NCBI GenBank assembly: GCA_963841015.1
Contig: CAWJAX010000003.1
Location: 544,001 to 608,000 of the forward strand
Direction of reading: 5' to 3'
DNA length: 64,000 nucleotides
Source of the DNA: an uncultured Methanoregulaceae archaeon
GTDB taxonomy: Archaea; Halobacteriota; Methanomicrobia; Methanomicrobiales; Methanospirillaceae
Both the position numbers and the translations under genes were made by a program. Under the pieces are notes generated by a model. It was given only the letters and a program-made list of their open reading frames with translations. It searched no databases and was not told the DNA's origin. Every line of letters starts with the position of its first letter. The first letter of the stretch is position 1. Positions 30,489 to 41,515 of the stretch are shown one piece after another.

Positions 30489-33161
30489 TTATTCTTCCTT
30501 ATTTTCCAGCATTTTACGTAACCCGGCAATCTTTGCAAGTGCCTGAAGGGGAGTCATCTCGTCCGGTCTGATGCTGGCAAGTTCGACAAGTGCCGGGTGC
30601 TGTGTTGCTGTTGTTGTGTTTTCATTATCGAATAAAAGGATCTGGGTGTACCGCTGGGGACGGGTGCCGGTCGGGACATCGCGGTTCATGGTTTCGGTAA
30701 GAATACTCCCTGCACGCTCGGTCACTTTTTTCGGGATACCGGCAAGACGGGCGACATGAATCCCATAGCTTTTATCGGTTGCACCAGGAATGAGTTTTCG
30801 CAGGAAGACCACTTCATTTTTTGTCTCTTTTACCGCGAAATGATAGTTTTTGACCCTTTTAAGCTCGCCTTCCACCTCAACAAGTTCATGAAAGTGTGTG
30901 GCAAAAAGGGTCTTTGGCCCGGCACCTGCCCGTCCATGAAGATATTCGAGCACTGCTTTTGCAATCGAGCATCCGTCTACGGTGCTGGTCCCCCTGCCGA
31001 TCTCATCGAGGATCACGAGACTCTTTGCGGTAACATTATTGAGAATATTGGCCAGTTCGAGCATCTCTACAAAAAATGTACTCTGTCCGCTTGCGAGATC
31101 GTCAAAGGCACCAACTCGGGTGAATATGCGATCAAGAATGCCAATACTCGCATGCCGGGCCGGAACAAAACTTCCTGCCTGGGCCATGATACAGATGAGC
31201 GCTACTGCCCGCATGTACGTGGACTTTCCAGCCATATTTGCTCCCGTGATGATCATCACCTGAATGCCGGAACTGGCAAGTTCGGTGTCGTTGGGGACGA
31301 AATTTCCACAAACACCCCGTTCGACGACAGGATGGCGTCCGTCACGGATAATAATCGCATCGCTGGTGTTCAGCTGGGGGCGTATGTAGTCACGGGTCTG
31401 GGCAATCTCAGCAAGTGCGGTGGAAACATCAAGGACAGCAATGCCACGGGCAATTGCCTGAAGATCGGGTACAGCAATTCGAAGTACTTCGACAAGTCCG
31501 GTATAGAGTTCACGCTCAAGAGCCAGGACACGCTCATCAGCATGGGTAATGAGAGTCTCCTTCTCCTGCAGCTCAGGAAGCGTATAACGCTCACCTGTAG
31601 CTGTTGTCTGACGGCGCTGGTAATGGGGCGGTACGAGATGAAGGTTCGGTTTTGTTATGTCAATGAAATAACCAAAAATCCTGTTATACCCGATCTTGAG
31701 AGATTTAATGCCGGTCTGTTCCCGCTCTTTTTGCTGGAGCTCGACAATCCAGTCTTTTCCTGAATGCAGGACCCCTTTGATTTCATCCAGTTCTTTTGAA
31801 TACCCTGGCCGTATTACTCCACCATTGCGTGCAATCGGGGGGGGTTCATCAACTAAAGCACTCTTTATAAGATTGATACTACCGGGCAGATCACGGAGCT
31901 CCTGCAGGGCATTGATGATATGCTGAGGGATGGCAACGGTTCGGCAATCCTGTATCGTATACCTGATTTCCGGAAGAGCTGAAAGTGATTCTGCAAGCGC
32001 GATAAGATCCCGGGGTCCTGCATTCCCATAGGAAATCCTCGCCGCAATTCTTTCAATATCGGCGCACCGGGTAAGCAGGGTCCTGAGTGCAAGTCGTTCA
32101 GGAGTACAGGCAATGAAAAATTCAACCGCATCCAGCCGTTTATTGATTTCATCGATATCGCTAAACGGGCGGGAGAGATTACCCGTCAGCAGCCGGCTTC
32201 CCATAGGTGTTTTTGTCAGGTCAAGACTGGATAAAAGGGTTGTCCCTTTTGTTTCGAGGCGGATACTTTCTTTCACTTCAAGGTTACGCAACGTGATGGC
32301 GTCAAGCATAAGCCCCTGTGCAGGTGAACGCAAAAAAAGACTGCTTATGTGGGTGAGCGGTGAGTTCTGCGTCTCTTTAGCATAGGCAAGTGCTGCACCA
32401 GCCGCCCCTATGGCTGCAGGAGACCCGTCGCATCCATACCCGGCAAGTGAAGCAACATGGAAGTGTTCCAGAAGGGTACGTCGTGCCTGTTGTTCGGAAA
32501 AAACCTCGTCTTTATAGATTGTAACAACGACCCCCCGGTCCCGTACACGTTCCATCAGATCGGCCGGGATTGTTGAAGGCAGGATACATTCTGCCGGGCG
32601 GTAGCGGGCGATCTCAGAAAGGATATTCTGGAAGCCGGAGTCGTTTTCCGCCATCGCAACAAAAAATTCCCCGGTCGATATATCGAGAATTGCCATTCCC
32701 CAGAGATTTGTTTTCAGATCGGGGCAGAGTGCGAGCAGGCAGGAAGAAGCCAAGGAGGAAAGCATTGCAGAATCGATCACCGTACCAGGAGTTATCACCC
32801 GTACCAGCTCGCGTTTTACGATTCCTTTTATGTTTTTTGTATCCCCGACCTGATCGACAATGGCTACTTTGTATCCCTTCCCGACAAGTTTGGTAATGTA
32901 CCCGTCTGCAGCATGGTAGGGCACACCGGCAAGAGGGATCCGGTTATCACCGCTTTTTGAGCGCGAGGTAAGAACAATTTCCAGTTCCCGTGAAATGAGT
33001 TCCGCATCGCTTTCAAATGTCTCATAAAAGTCACCGATGCGGAAAAACAGGATGGTGTCCGGATACTTTTCCTTGATCTCCCGATACTGCCGCATCACCG
33101 GAGTGAGACGGGCACCATTTTCACTATCAGCGGGGTGATCTTTGGGAGACACGTGCTTCAT
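30489..33161 (-). CDS. mutS: DNA mismatch repair protein MutS (MutS1)
   Basis: TP.M.QY, FR.GDFYE.F, TGANMAGKSTYMR, STFFVEM, DEIGRGTST, SYGIHVA. Confidence 0.97.
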   Translation of the reverse strand: MKHVSPKDHPADSENGARLTPVMRQYREIKEKYPDTILFFRIGDFYETFESDAELISRELEIVLTSRSKSGDNRIPLAGVPYHAADGYITKLVGKGYKVAIVDQVGDTKNIKGIVKRELVRVITPGTVIDSAMLSSLASSCLLALCPDLKTNLWGMAILDISTGEFFVAMAENDSGFQNILSEIARYRPAECILPSTIPADLMERVRDRGVVVTIYKDEVFSEQQARRTLLEHFHVASLAGYGCDGSPAAIGAAGAALAYAKETQNSPLTHISSLFLRSPAQGLMLDAITLRNLEVKESIRLETKGTTLLSSLDLTKTPMGSRLLTGNLSRPFSDIDEINKRLDAVEFFIACTPERLALRTLLTRCADIERIAARISYGNAGPRDLIALAESLSALPEIRYTIQDCRTVAIPQHIINALQELRDLPGSINLIKSALVDEPPPIARNGGVIRPGYSKELDEIKGVLHSGKDWIVELQQKEREQTGIKSLKIGYNRIFGYFIDITKPNLHLVPPHYQRRQTTATGERYTLPELQEKETLITHADERVLALERELYTGLVEVLRIAVPDLQAIARGIAVLDVSTALAEIAQTRDYIRPQLNTSDAIIIRDGRHPVVERGVCGNFVPNDTELASSGIQVMIITGANMAGKSTYMRAVALICIMAQAGSFVPARHASIGILDRIFTRVGAFDDLASGQSTFFVEMLELANILNNVTAKSLVILDEIGRGTSTVDGCSIAKAVLEYLHGRAGAGPKTLFATHFHELVEVEGELKRVKNYHFAVKETKNEVVFLRKLIPGATDKSYGIHVARLAGIPKKVTERAGSILTETMNRDVPTGTRPQRYTQILLFDNENTTTATQHPALVELASIRPDEMTPLQALAKIAGLRKMLENKEE

Positions 33162-33223
33162 GTATGCAGAAAAATTGCCTCCGGATCAATTAATACCGAT
33201 CTTATGGCAATGCCCGAAATGCT

Positions 33224-33955
33224 TCATGAGCGCCTGAGAACATACCAGACCATCAGCGGAGATGAGATCACAAGCGCGATAATCTCAGACATGAGACCGA
33301 AAGCAAAACCAATCCCTATGAAACGGGAGATTTCCTCCAGCAGACTTACCGCCAGGGTAAGGTTACTCCAGAGGATCAGTATGCCGACAAGGGTAATCAT
33401 GCCGATCCCTATTGCCGCATTTTTCATATCCTGCGTACTCGGGGCAAGCGACAATACGAGCGTGAGCGTCAGGTAAAGGTAGAGAAGGAACCAGGGGTTG
33501 AACTGGATAATAAGGTTCCAGGTAAACATACCGAAGATTCCTATTAACAGTCCAAAAAGCGCATCCGTTGAATCAACACCCACCGGTAAGGGAGGGAAAA
33601 CGCAGCCAAGATACTGCGAAAATAACCACGTGCATCCCGCCAGCACAAGAGGAATACAGATGAGGGGTGCCGTACTGATTACAACATCACCAAGACAGGG
33701 AATTTTTGAAGAAGTATGGGTTACAGAACCCCCCGTTTCTGAAAAAAACACTACTTTTTTTACTTTTGCACCGGTGATAAGGCATCCGAAAATATGGCTG
33801 CATTCATGCACGATAACACCGGGAGCGCGGATAAAATAATAAAAAGATCGTAAGGGAATTACCCGGGCCCAGAGGACGTCTAGCGCCATAGAAATACCTA
33901 TCAGTCCTGTTCCTGTCAGAATAACCAAGAGAAACGGCGCTGCATGCATGTCCAT
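33224..33955 (-). CDS. Membrane metalloprotease-like protein (M50-like)
   Basis: PGVIVHECSH (HExxH), AP motif, PS..D, several TM helices. Confidence 0.7.
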   Translation of the reverse strand: MDMHAAPFLLVILTGTGLIGISMALDVLWARVIPLRSFYYFIRAPGVIVHECSHIFGCLITGAKVKKVVFFSETGGSVTHTSSKIPCLGDVVISTAPLICIPLVLAGCTWLFSQYLGCVFPPLPVGVDSTDALFGLLIGIFGMFTWNLIIQFNPWFLLYLYLTLTLVLSLAPSTQDMKNAAIGIGMITLVGILILWSNLTLAVSLLEEISRFIGIGFAFGLMSEIIALVISSPLMVWYVLRRS

Positions 33956-34061
33956 TCAACAAGTACCTATGCTCTTTTTGAAGCAACTCCCACATAATTA
34001 CACCGCTATGTTCAGGCTGCCTGGTGAAAGTCTCATTATCTCTGACTGCCTATGAGCAGCT

Positions 34062-36215
34062 ATGACGCCGGAAGAACCGCTCCATCAGGCTCCCGCTGCA
34101 TCAGAAAAACACCATAACCGGCTCATCCACGAAAAGAGTCCGTACCTTCTCCAGCATGCACATAACCCGGTTGACTGGTATCCATGGGGAACCGAAGCGT
34201 TTACCCGTGCGGCGAGGGAAAATAAACCCGTCTTCCTTTCCATTGGTTATTCCACCTGTCACTGGTGCCATGTTATGGCGCATGAATCTTTTGAAGACAG
34301 CGGTGTTGCTGCCATACTGAATAAGGATTTCATCTGCATCAAGGTAGATCGTGAAGAACGCCCGGATATCGACAGCACCTATATGGCAGTCTGCCAGGTG
34401 ATGACCGGAAAAGGAGGATGGCCGCTCACCATTTTTTTGACCCCCGAAAAAAAACCGTTCTTTACCGGAACATACATTCCCAAAGAAAGCCGGTTTGGTA
34501 TGACCGGACTTACTGAACTGCTTCCGCGTATCTCCCGATCCTGGCAGGAGCGGCGCAACGATTTAGTTGCATCAGCAGAGGAAATAACCGCTACCCTTCG
34601 CCAGGAACAGGAATCGCACCACGAGGATATTCCGGATATTTCACTCCTCCATCAGGGTTATGAAGAACTGCTCCTGCGATTCGATGCAGAATACGGGGGG
34701 TTTGGTCGTGCACCCAAATTCCCTGCCCCGCATTCACTCCTTTTCCTGTTACGGTTCTGGAAGCGGAATGGTACTCCACGGGCGCTTACCATGGTGGAAA
34801 AGACCCTTGGTGCTCTGCGCAGCGGGGGTATCTTTGATCAGGTTGGCGGTGGATTTCACCGCTATTCAACGGATGCCCTGTGGCGGGTGCCGCACTTTGA
34901 AAAGATGTTGTACGACCAGGCACTCCTTGTGATGGCATATACCGAAGCGTATCAGGCAACACGCAATCCTGAATTCCGGAAAACTGCTGAAGAGGTGATA
35001 TCATATGTTATTCGTGACCTCGCCTCAACTGAAGGGGCCTTTTTCTCTGCAGAAGATGCAGACAGCATTGGGGGTGAAGGCGCTTTTTATCTCTGGACAA
35101 AAAGTGAGACCGGGAAGGTCCTGGGAAAGGAAGATGCAGTTGTTGCTGCCCAGATCTTTGGCATAACAGATGCCGGTAATTATCAGGATACGGGGATGGG
35201 CGGCGGACAGAATATTCTCTACCGTAAAAAAACCATCACAGAAGTAGCATCATCTTACGGCATTTCAGAAACGGATCTGGAAATACGGCTTGAATCCATC
35301 AGGACCAGACTGTTTACCGCACGGGAGCTGCGATCCCGCCCATCACTCGATGATAAAGTCCTGACCGACGGGAACGGCCTTTTTATTGCCGCGCTTGCAC
35401 GGGCAGCACGTACATTCGGCAATGAGAATTATCTCGCAGCTGCCCGGAGGGCAATGGAGTTTGTTTTAACCCGCATGCGTACTTCAGACGGTGGGCTCCT
35501 GCACCGGTATCGCGACGGTGAACCTGCGATCCCGGCATTTGGTGATGATTATGCGTTCATCATCAAAGCTTTACTTGAGTTGTACGAATCCACCTTTGAG
35601 TTATCGTACCTCATATCCGCATGTGAACTGAACACCTTTTTCCTCGCACATTTCTGGGACGAGGCCCGGGGGGGATTTTTCATGATATCGGACACTGCCG
35701 AAATCCTGCTGGGGCGTAAAAAGGAGATCTATGACGGGGCAATCCCGTCATGCAATTCAGTTGCACTTGAAAATCTGGTAAAACTCGCCCATCTCACGGG
35801 CGAAGTGTCAAATGAACAACGGGCGTCAGAACTTTCACGCTGTTTTGCTGCAGCCGTGCACCAGTCACCTTCAGCGCATGCATGGTTCCTGTGCGCTCTT
35901 GATAGTGCGATTGGACCCGTTCATGACGTTGTTATTGTTGGTGAGCGACATGCTGATGATACCCGGGCAATGATCAAAGTACTCTGGGATCACTATCTCC
36001 CCAGTGTAATGATAATCTGCAGACCAACTGGTGAAGATGATCTCCTGCTTACCAGCCTGGCGCCCTTCACTCACAATCTGAATGCAATCGGGGGGAATGC
36101 AACAGCGTATATCTGTACAGGAAATACCTGTGCCATGCCAATAACAGATCCACATAAGATGCTCGATTTGTTAAACAGGGTGAATGCAGATTCACAAATC
36201 AAAAAAAATACATAA
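34062..36215 (+). CDS. Thioredoxin-domain/six-hairpin YyaL (DUF255, SPATA20-like) protein
   Basis: [52 protein letters not shown]. Confidence 0.93.
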   Translation: MTPEEPLHQAPAASEKHHNRLIHEKSPYLLQHAHNPVDWYPWGTEAFTRAARENKPVFLSIGYSTCHWCHVMAHESFEDSGVAAILNKDFICIKVDREERPDIDSTYMAVCQVMTGKGGWPLTIFLTPEKKPFFTGTYIPKESRFGMTGLTELLPRISRSWQERRNDLVASAEEITATLRQEQESHHEDIPDISLLHQGYEELLLRFDAEYGGFGRAPKFPAPHSLLFLLRFWKRNGTPRALTMVEKTLGALRSGGIFDQVGGGFHRYSTDALWRVPHFEKMLYDQALLVMAYTEAYQATRNPEFRKTAEEVISYVIRDLASTEGAFFSAEDADSIGGEGAFYLWTKSETGKVLGKEDAVVAAQIFGITDAGNYQDTGMGGGQNILYRKKTITEVASSYGISETDLEIRLESIRTRLFTARELRSRPSLDDKVLTDGNGLFIAALARAARTFGNENYLAAARRAMEFVLTRMRTSDGGLLHRYRDGEPAIPAFGDDYAFIIKALLELYESTFELSYLISACELNTFFLAHFWDEARGGFFMISDTAEILLGRKKEIYDGAIPSCNSVALENLVKLAHLTGEVSNEQRASELSRCFAAAVHQSPSAHAWFLCALDSAIGPVHDVVIVGERHADDTRAMIKVLWDHYLPSVMIICRPTGEDDLLLTSLAPFTHNLNAIGGNATAYICTGNTCAMPITDPHKMLDLLNRVNADSQIKKNT

Positions 36216-36421
36216 AATATCTCAGGAGAAGCGCAATTCAATCTATAACGTTCACACCGGAATCATAAAAATCGCCAGAACAGGATGGAACCCCACCTCA
36301 GGGCCTCTCCGAGGCACAGCTGGGCAAGGAAAGGTACGGTTTTGTCCGTCATTTTACCAGAGAATTGTATTTTATTAATTCGTAGGGGGAATTCCACAGA
36401 CCTTAAAAATAACAAAAAAAA

Positions 36422-36898
36422 TCAAAGGTTTTTCAGTGCAACGAGATCCTTGACCCCTACCAGTTTCCAGACCAGCGAACGCTCCTCTTCAGCGATCGCT
36501 GCCGGCGGGTCGAGGGGAGAGTGTCCTAGTGCTGCAAGGATGTTGCAGGAGAGATTCCTCTCAACAATTAAATCAACAAATTTTTCCCGTATAATCTTCT
36601 TCTCTATCGAGTCGTGGACTTCCTCGAGGTAACCCTGGAGAGTCACAAACATGTAGGACGAGAGGTCTTTTGTGTATTTCTCAATTTCAACAGAAACATA
36701 GGGACTTTTTCGGAAATGCTCGATCTTTTTCCCGTATTTTGTTGACAGGAAGTAGAGGAATGATCCATCGAAGACATAGAGGAATGGTGCGATATAAGGA
36801 TATTTCTCACCCTGGAATGCGATCCGACAGACATATCCCTTTTCAATAAGCCGATCGTATTCCTGTTTTTCCATTCTCGGAATTTTCAAGATATCCAT
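36422..36898 (-). CDS. Pyridoxamine 5'-phosphate oxidase-like flavin-binding protein
   Basis: CRIAF....PYI.P..Y......YF.....GKK......P.V..EI. Confidence 0.8.
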   Translation of the reverse strand: MDILKIPRMEKQEYDRLIEKGYVCRIAFQGEKYPYIAPFLYVFDGSFLYFLSTKYGKKIEHFRKSPYVSVEIEKYTKDLSSYMFVTLQGYLEEVHDSIEKKIIREKFVDLIVERNLSCNILAALGHSPLDPPAAIAEEERSLVWKLVGVKDLVALKNL

Positions 36899-36974
36899 AA
36901 ACTTACACCATTGGAATTCCCAACGTGACCTGATAAACTTTATTAATTTTTTTTAAAAAAATAAAAAGAAGAAA

Positions 36975-38343
36975 TTATTTCTCTACCCGTAATCCTGCCT
37001 TTTTCCATGCGGTCATCCCTCCCAATACATTTGTCATGGTGTGGTACTGGTGAAGTGCAAGAATGCTTGCCGCAAGGCTCCCCTTATAGCCGGCATCGCA
37101 ATAGACTACTATGTGTTCATTTTTGGGGATTTGGTCAAGGTGATTTGGTAGTTCCCCGATATAGATATGGTGGGCGCCAGGGATATGGCCGACAGCGTTC
37201 CAGTTTTTTATGTCCCGCACATCAAGAATGAAGGGATGTTCTTTTTCGAGACGATCCTTTAATTGCTGGACTGAACAGGTTGGGACTGTTCCAATATCCT
37301 GTGCTGCTTTAGTCCATGCGGGAAATCCTCCGGAGAGTACCCCCGCAATAGTATCATAACCAAGCCGGATAAAATGTCGGATCACCGGATCCAGATCCAG
37401 ATTGAAGTCATCAACAATAACAATCGGTCTCTGGTAATCAAGGAACCAGCCCATAAAGGCGGGGAGACCTCCCCTCCAGATGGAGAGGCTGCCCGGGATA
37501 TGACCTGCCCCAAAACTGGCAGGTGACCGTATATCAAGGATCTGGCAACCGGATTTTCGGAGCTGGTTGACTTCGGGGATCGAGAGCGGGTGCAGGTCCG
37601 GTCAGCCGGTTCAGGATCGGTGCACCATCCCGATTGTAGGTTTCCATCTGCCGGAAATAAGGAGGGGTATAGGGTGATTCGGTTACCCGCCGCGAGATAA
37701 AACGTTCAAGTCCTGATGCAAGCTGGGGATTTGTCGTTTTTTCATAACCAATGGTAGTGAATGGGTGATCAGCAATCTCGCCACCGCAAACAGAACCGGC
37801 ACCATGGGCCGGACAGAGAATCACTCCGTCACCAAGCGGCAGGATTTTATGTGCAATGCTTTCATAGATTTTTTTTGCCATCTCCGCTTTTCGTTCCTGC
37901 CCAAAAAAGTCAGTCCGGGCAATATCACCGGCAAAGAGCGTATCGCCGGAAAATACCATATATGGCTGATCAGAAACCTCAGTGTCCTGCAGCACAAGAG
38001 AAATACTCTCCTCGGTATGCCCGGGGGTCTCAAGAACCGACAACACCAGCGACCCCAGCGTGAACCGGTCTCCCTCCTTTACCGGTTTTCCATAGGTAAA
38101 CGCCATTTTTGCACCATGAAAAATCTCCGCTCCGCACCGTTGTTTGAGTTCAAGCGATCCTATGGTGTAGTCCTCATTCCGGTGTGTCTCGAAGATATGG
38201 GTAATAACCAGTTCATTCCGGCGGGCAATCTCAAGGTAGATATCGCAGTCCCGCCGTGGATCAATTACCGCTGCCCTGCCACCGGATCCAATGAGATAGG
38301 AATTATGGGCTATACCATCAGAAACAATCCTTTCGAATAACAC
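36975..38343 (-). CDS. MBL-fold hydrolase/persulfide dioxygenase-like protein fused to two rhodanese domains, frameshifted near 37605
   Basis: ETHRNEDY, TPGHT.ES, FSGDTLF, PAHGAGS.CG; then DIR....F..GHIPG and DVR...GHIPGA...YCDAGY...GGM.AW. Confidence 0.85.
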
Positions 38344-38428
38344 GTTGTCTTCCCCTCTATCGTGGAATTACACACCCGGTCTGTATATAGGTTATGAACC
38401 GGACAAAACCAGTAAATGAAATGTTCCC

Positions 38429-39730
38429 TTATTCAATGCTGAAGGGATACTTCAGCAGAATCGGGGTCATGTCTCCACGGAACACACGCCCGCATATGAG
38501 CTCACAGATATCCTTCAGGCTCACCGGGATGTAACCGATCACTTCAGCACTCACGTTAATCCGCCGGTGCTCAAAATCGATGAACGGATAGTGGCGGAGG
38601 TCATTGTTATGGTGATGACCGTGGATCACCCAGCCATCAAATTCTGACCGGCAATCAGCAGGATCATGAACCAGCAGGAACCGGAAACCACCATAATCAA
38701 GCAGACATGATGGAACTGCATCCGGTACTCCATCATCATGATTCCCGGTAACAAAGGTAATGTTGCCTTTGAGTTTTTGCCGGTACTGTTGAGCGGGCAA
38801 CGCTTCTGTTCCATATCGCAAATCTCCCAGATAATACACGCGGTTTGCGGGAGAAATGGTATAATTCCAGTTTTTTATCAACACATGATCCATTTCCCGG
38901 ACATCGGAAAAGAGGAACGGACGTGAACAGTAGCGGATGATATTCGCATGGCCGAGATGCAGATCAGCAATCAGGTAAATATCCTCAGGGTGTGGGGGAG
39001 AGGGATCTAATCGTTCAAATCCCGATTGCTCCCGATAAAGTGCGAGTGTTTTTTGCCAGGATTTACTGGTATGACTGTGATCACCGGTGATCCACCGTTT
39101 CTCCAGAAGATCATATTCCGTGAGGATATTTTCCCCCTGCATCACGGTAATCCTGAGTCCCGCATCATCCAGGGTGAGTGGTCGGACTGCGTGCCCTTTT
39201 CCGGGGCTGATCAATCGTCGAAGCACATTTCTCAGCCTGAAAAGAATTCCCGTGGGGATTTCCTCCTGCTGCCGGCCGGTGAGTACAGAAAATACCGTCG
39301 ATGCCTGAAGGGGATCCATACGGTTTGCTACGGTAACATGAAACCATTTGCTGTCAGGCTGGGCATCCCATAAATTGTGGCTGTGAGTAAGAGGGGAAAG
39401 CATGTCGGCTATCGAAGAGGTGAGATTTTTTAAGGAATCTGAGGGTCTGACCGGGAAGGCAATAACGCTACCGTGAATTCCCTGACGCATTTCCCACCCG
39501 TCAATAGTGAATGTGAGGGGTTTATACCCTGCTGCCACCTGGCCGAGGATGTCAATAAGCTGCTGAGGGCTGACACCTTCATTCAGGGTAAAAGGTCCAA
39601 ACAGCGTGACATGAGGATGATGTTCGAGAAAACCTTCAATAGCGAATAACCGGCCAATATAAGAAATCGTTTCCCTGATCCGCCATTTTGTCATTGCGAG
39701 GCGGATCTCAATGAGGTAGATATCGTCCAT
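38429..39730 (-). CDS. 2H phosphoesterase (2'-5' RNA ligase-like) fused to calcineurin-like metallophosphoesterase
   Basis: Two HxT motifs (PHVTL, FHVTV); C-terminal ADLHLGH...LGD...GNHD...H...HGHHH. Confidence 0.85.
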   Translation of the reverse strand: MDDIYLIEIRLAMTKWRIRETISYIGRLFAIEGFLEHHPHVTLFGPFTLNEGVSPQQLIDILGQVAAGYKPLTFTIDGWEMRQGIHGSVIAFPVRPSDSLKNLTSSIADMLSPLTHSHNLWDAQPDSKWFHVTVANRMDPLQASTVFSVLTGRQQEEIPTGILFRLRNVLRRLISPGKGHAVRPLTLDDAGLRITVMQGENILTEYDLLEKRWITGDHSHTSKSWQKTLALYREQSGFERLDPSPPHPEDIYLIADLHLGHANIIRYCSRPFLFSDVREMDHVLIKNWNYTISPANRVYYLGDLRYGTEALPAQQYRQKLKGNITFVTGNHDDGVPDAVPSCLLDYGGFRFLLVHDPADCRSEFDGWVIHGHHHNNDLRHYPFIDFEHRRINVSAEVIGYIPVSLKDICELICGRVFRGDMTPILLKYPFSIE

Positions 39731-39937
39731 GAAAGACAGTCCGGAATTAATGTCTCTATAGGGTTTCTCTGGTTAAATCCTTGATATATTTATTTTTAAA
39801 ATTCCGGATCCTCCATGAGCTGTCAATTTCTTTGCAGGGTGGAAAATTAGGATAATGCAGTCCAGGGATTACGAACAGGTTTTCTTTTTTGCCCAGACAC
39901 AGGGTCTTTTATACTCCTGCACCAGTATAGAACGACC

Positions 39938-40489
39938 ATGAAACATGCTGCATATGTGCGATATCAGCAGCAGCACCTGCGGCAAAAATTATCAATCCTG
40001 TTCAGGTTCTGCAGGCATGAAGGAATTGAAGTGGTGGTCGTACCGGATCCCCACAAGTGGATCCTCAAGAGTGAAATCAGGAAAAAAAACGATAAAATCA
40101 AACGGAAAAATATGATACTGGGTTTTATCCCGCAATTTGAATCCCGGGATTATAAAAAAAATGCTCCTGAAAATATCGGGAGTAAAAACAGATCCGGGAA
40201 AAAGGGCAGGGGGCTTCCTGAAATGAGCCATCAGATCTTTGTAACCAGCAAAAGAAAAAAAATTGAATTTGTACTATCTCATGAAATCGGGCATTACCTT
40301 GCAAAAAAATTCTACAACCAGGAATGCCTTCACCAGAATGAAGATTTTGCAAATGGAATGGCGTGGTGCATCATGAACCAGTGCCTGTACCGGTTTGATA
40401 TCGATGACGATTGCGATGATTACACAAAAAAAGCACAGACCTGTTATACCTATTTTTTTGATACAGTGAATTCCGGAAAAGCACCCTGA
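39938..40489 (+). CDS. ImmA/IrrE-like Zn metallopeptidase domain protein
   Basis: FVLSHEIGHY...EDFANGMA (HExxH plus downstream E..AN..A). Confidence 0.6.
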   Translation: MKHAAYVRYQQQHLRQKLSILFRFCRHEGIEVVVVPDPHKWILKSEIRKKNDKIKRKNMILGFIPQFESRDYKKNAPENIGSKNRSGKKGRGLPEMSHQIFVTSKRKKIEFVLSHEIGHYLAKKFYNQECLHQNEDFANGMAWCIMNQCLYRFDIDDDCDDYTKKAQTCYTYFFDTVNSGKAP

Positions 40490-40865
40490 ACGGTGGCAGG
40501 TCCTTGAGAGAAACAATCCAACATATACTGCTGCATGTCTATTGCCTGCAAAAACAGGGTACAGGTTCTTGTGCTATCGATTGAGGATAGCAAAAAAACC
40601 TGCCGACGATATCGAACTTCAGAATCATAGGCACACGGTCCTGGCACATCGTGCTACAACCCAGTCACCTCTTCTCATTTCAACAGGTATTTTTGTATTT
40701 TTTTGGGTATTAACCGATACACAAGAGATGCGGACACTTTCAAGGTCAAGACGCAGAATTCGTGGGAATGCCGAATCAGTACAGGTGAATATGAGGCAGG
40801 ATATGTCAAAAACCGGATTGTAACGTCAGAGAAGATTTTCCTGGAAAAAATGAGAATAGATCATC

Positions 40866-41387
40866 CTAGACCTTATCATACGACAGCTCGTTCAAGCCAG
40901 AGCCCCTGAGTAGCATCTTGTTATTGGTGATAGAGTAGGTCTTGGTGTTCTGGAGATTGGCAAGATATTTCGATTCCAGATCAGCGGTATCAGCGCAGTA
41001 CATTTTTGTTGATGCGATAGGCCCGATAGTAATGGTTTTTCCAAATTCCGTGGTCTGTCCGGTAAGATTGTAGCCGCCATTGTAATTGTTGCATCCACCA
41101 AAACCAGTGAAGGTTCCGTCATTGTTAAACTTCAGGGTAATCTGGACATTTGGGATAACGGGCATTGATCCCGCGATTGTTGCTCCTTTAAAATTCCAGT
41201 TCCCTGTCAGTACCGGATCGGTCGCGGGACCAGAAATTACTACAACAACTGATGTAGGTACGGGTGTTGGTACGGTAGCAACCGGGGTCGGTACAGGTGT
41301 CGGTACGGGTGCCGGTGTTGTTGTGCATCCCGCTGCGAGAATGCCCACAAACAACACTGCACAAACCAGAAACAGTAAGGATTTCAT
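40866..41387 (-). CDS. META-domain lipoprotein
   Basis: Lipobox AAGC, Pro/Thr linker, GFGGCNNY.G.Y...IASTKMYC...E..YL..L. Confidence 0.85.
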   Translation of the reverse strand: MKSLLFLVCAVLFVGILAAGCTTTPAPVPTPVPTPVATVPTPVPTSVVVVISGPATDPVLTGNWNFKGATIAGSMPVIPNVQITLKFNNDGTFTGFGGCNNYNGGYNLTGQTTEFGKTITIGPIASTKMYCADTADLESKYLANLQNTKTYSITNNKMLLRGSGLNELSYDKV

Positions 41388-41515
41388 ATCACAGAAATAT
41401 TAAGATCTTATATAAATACGTTTCTTTATGGTATCGCGACAGGTAAAAGGTCTGCATTTATAATGGTAATCATCGACATACTGATTAGAGAATCGGGATT
41501 AAAAACAGAGCAAGA

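Noticed and set aside
30756-31763. 335-aa plus-strand ORF within mutS
   Set aside because: Antisense shadow of a conserved gene.
36285-36340. GC-rich hairpin GCCTC-TCC-GAGGC as possible tRNA or ncRNA
   Set aside because: No cloverleaf or T-loop consensus; at most a small stem between convergent genes.
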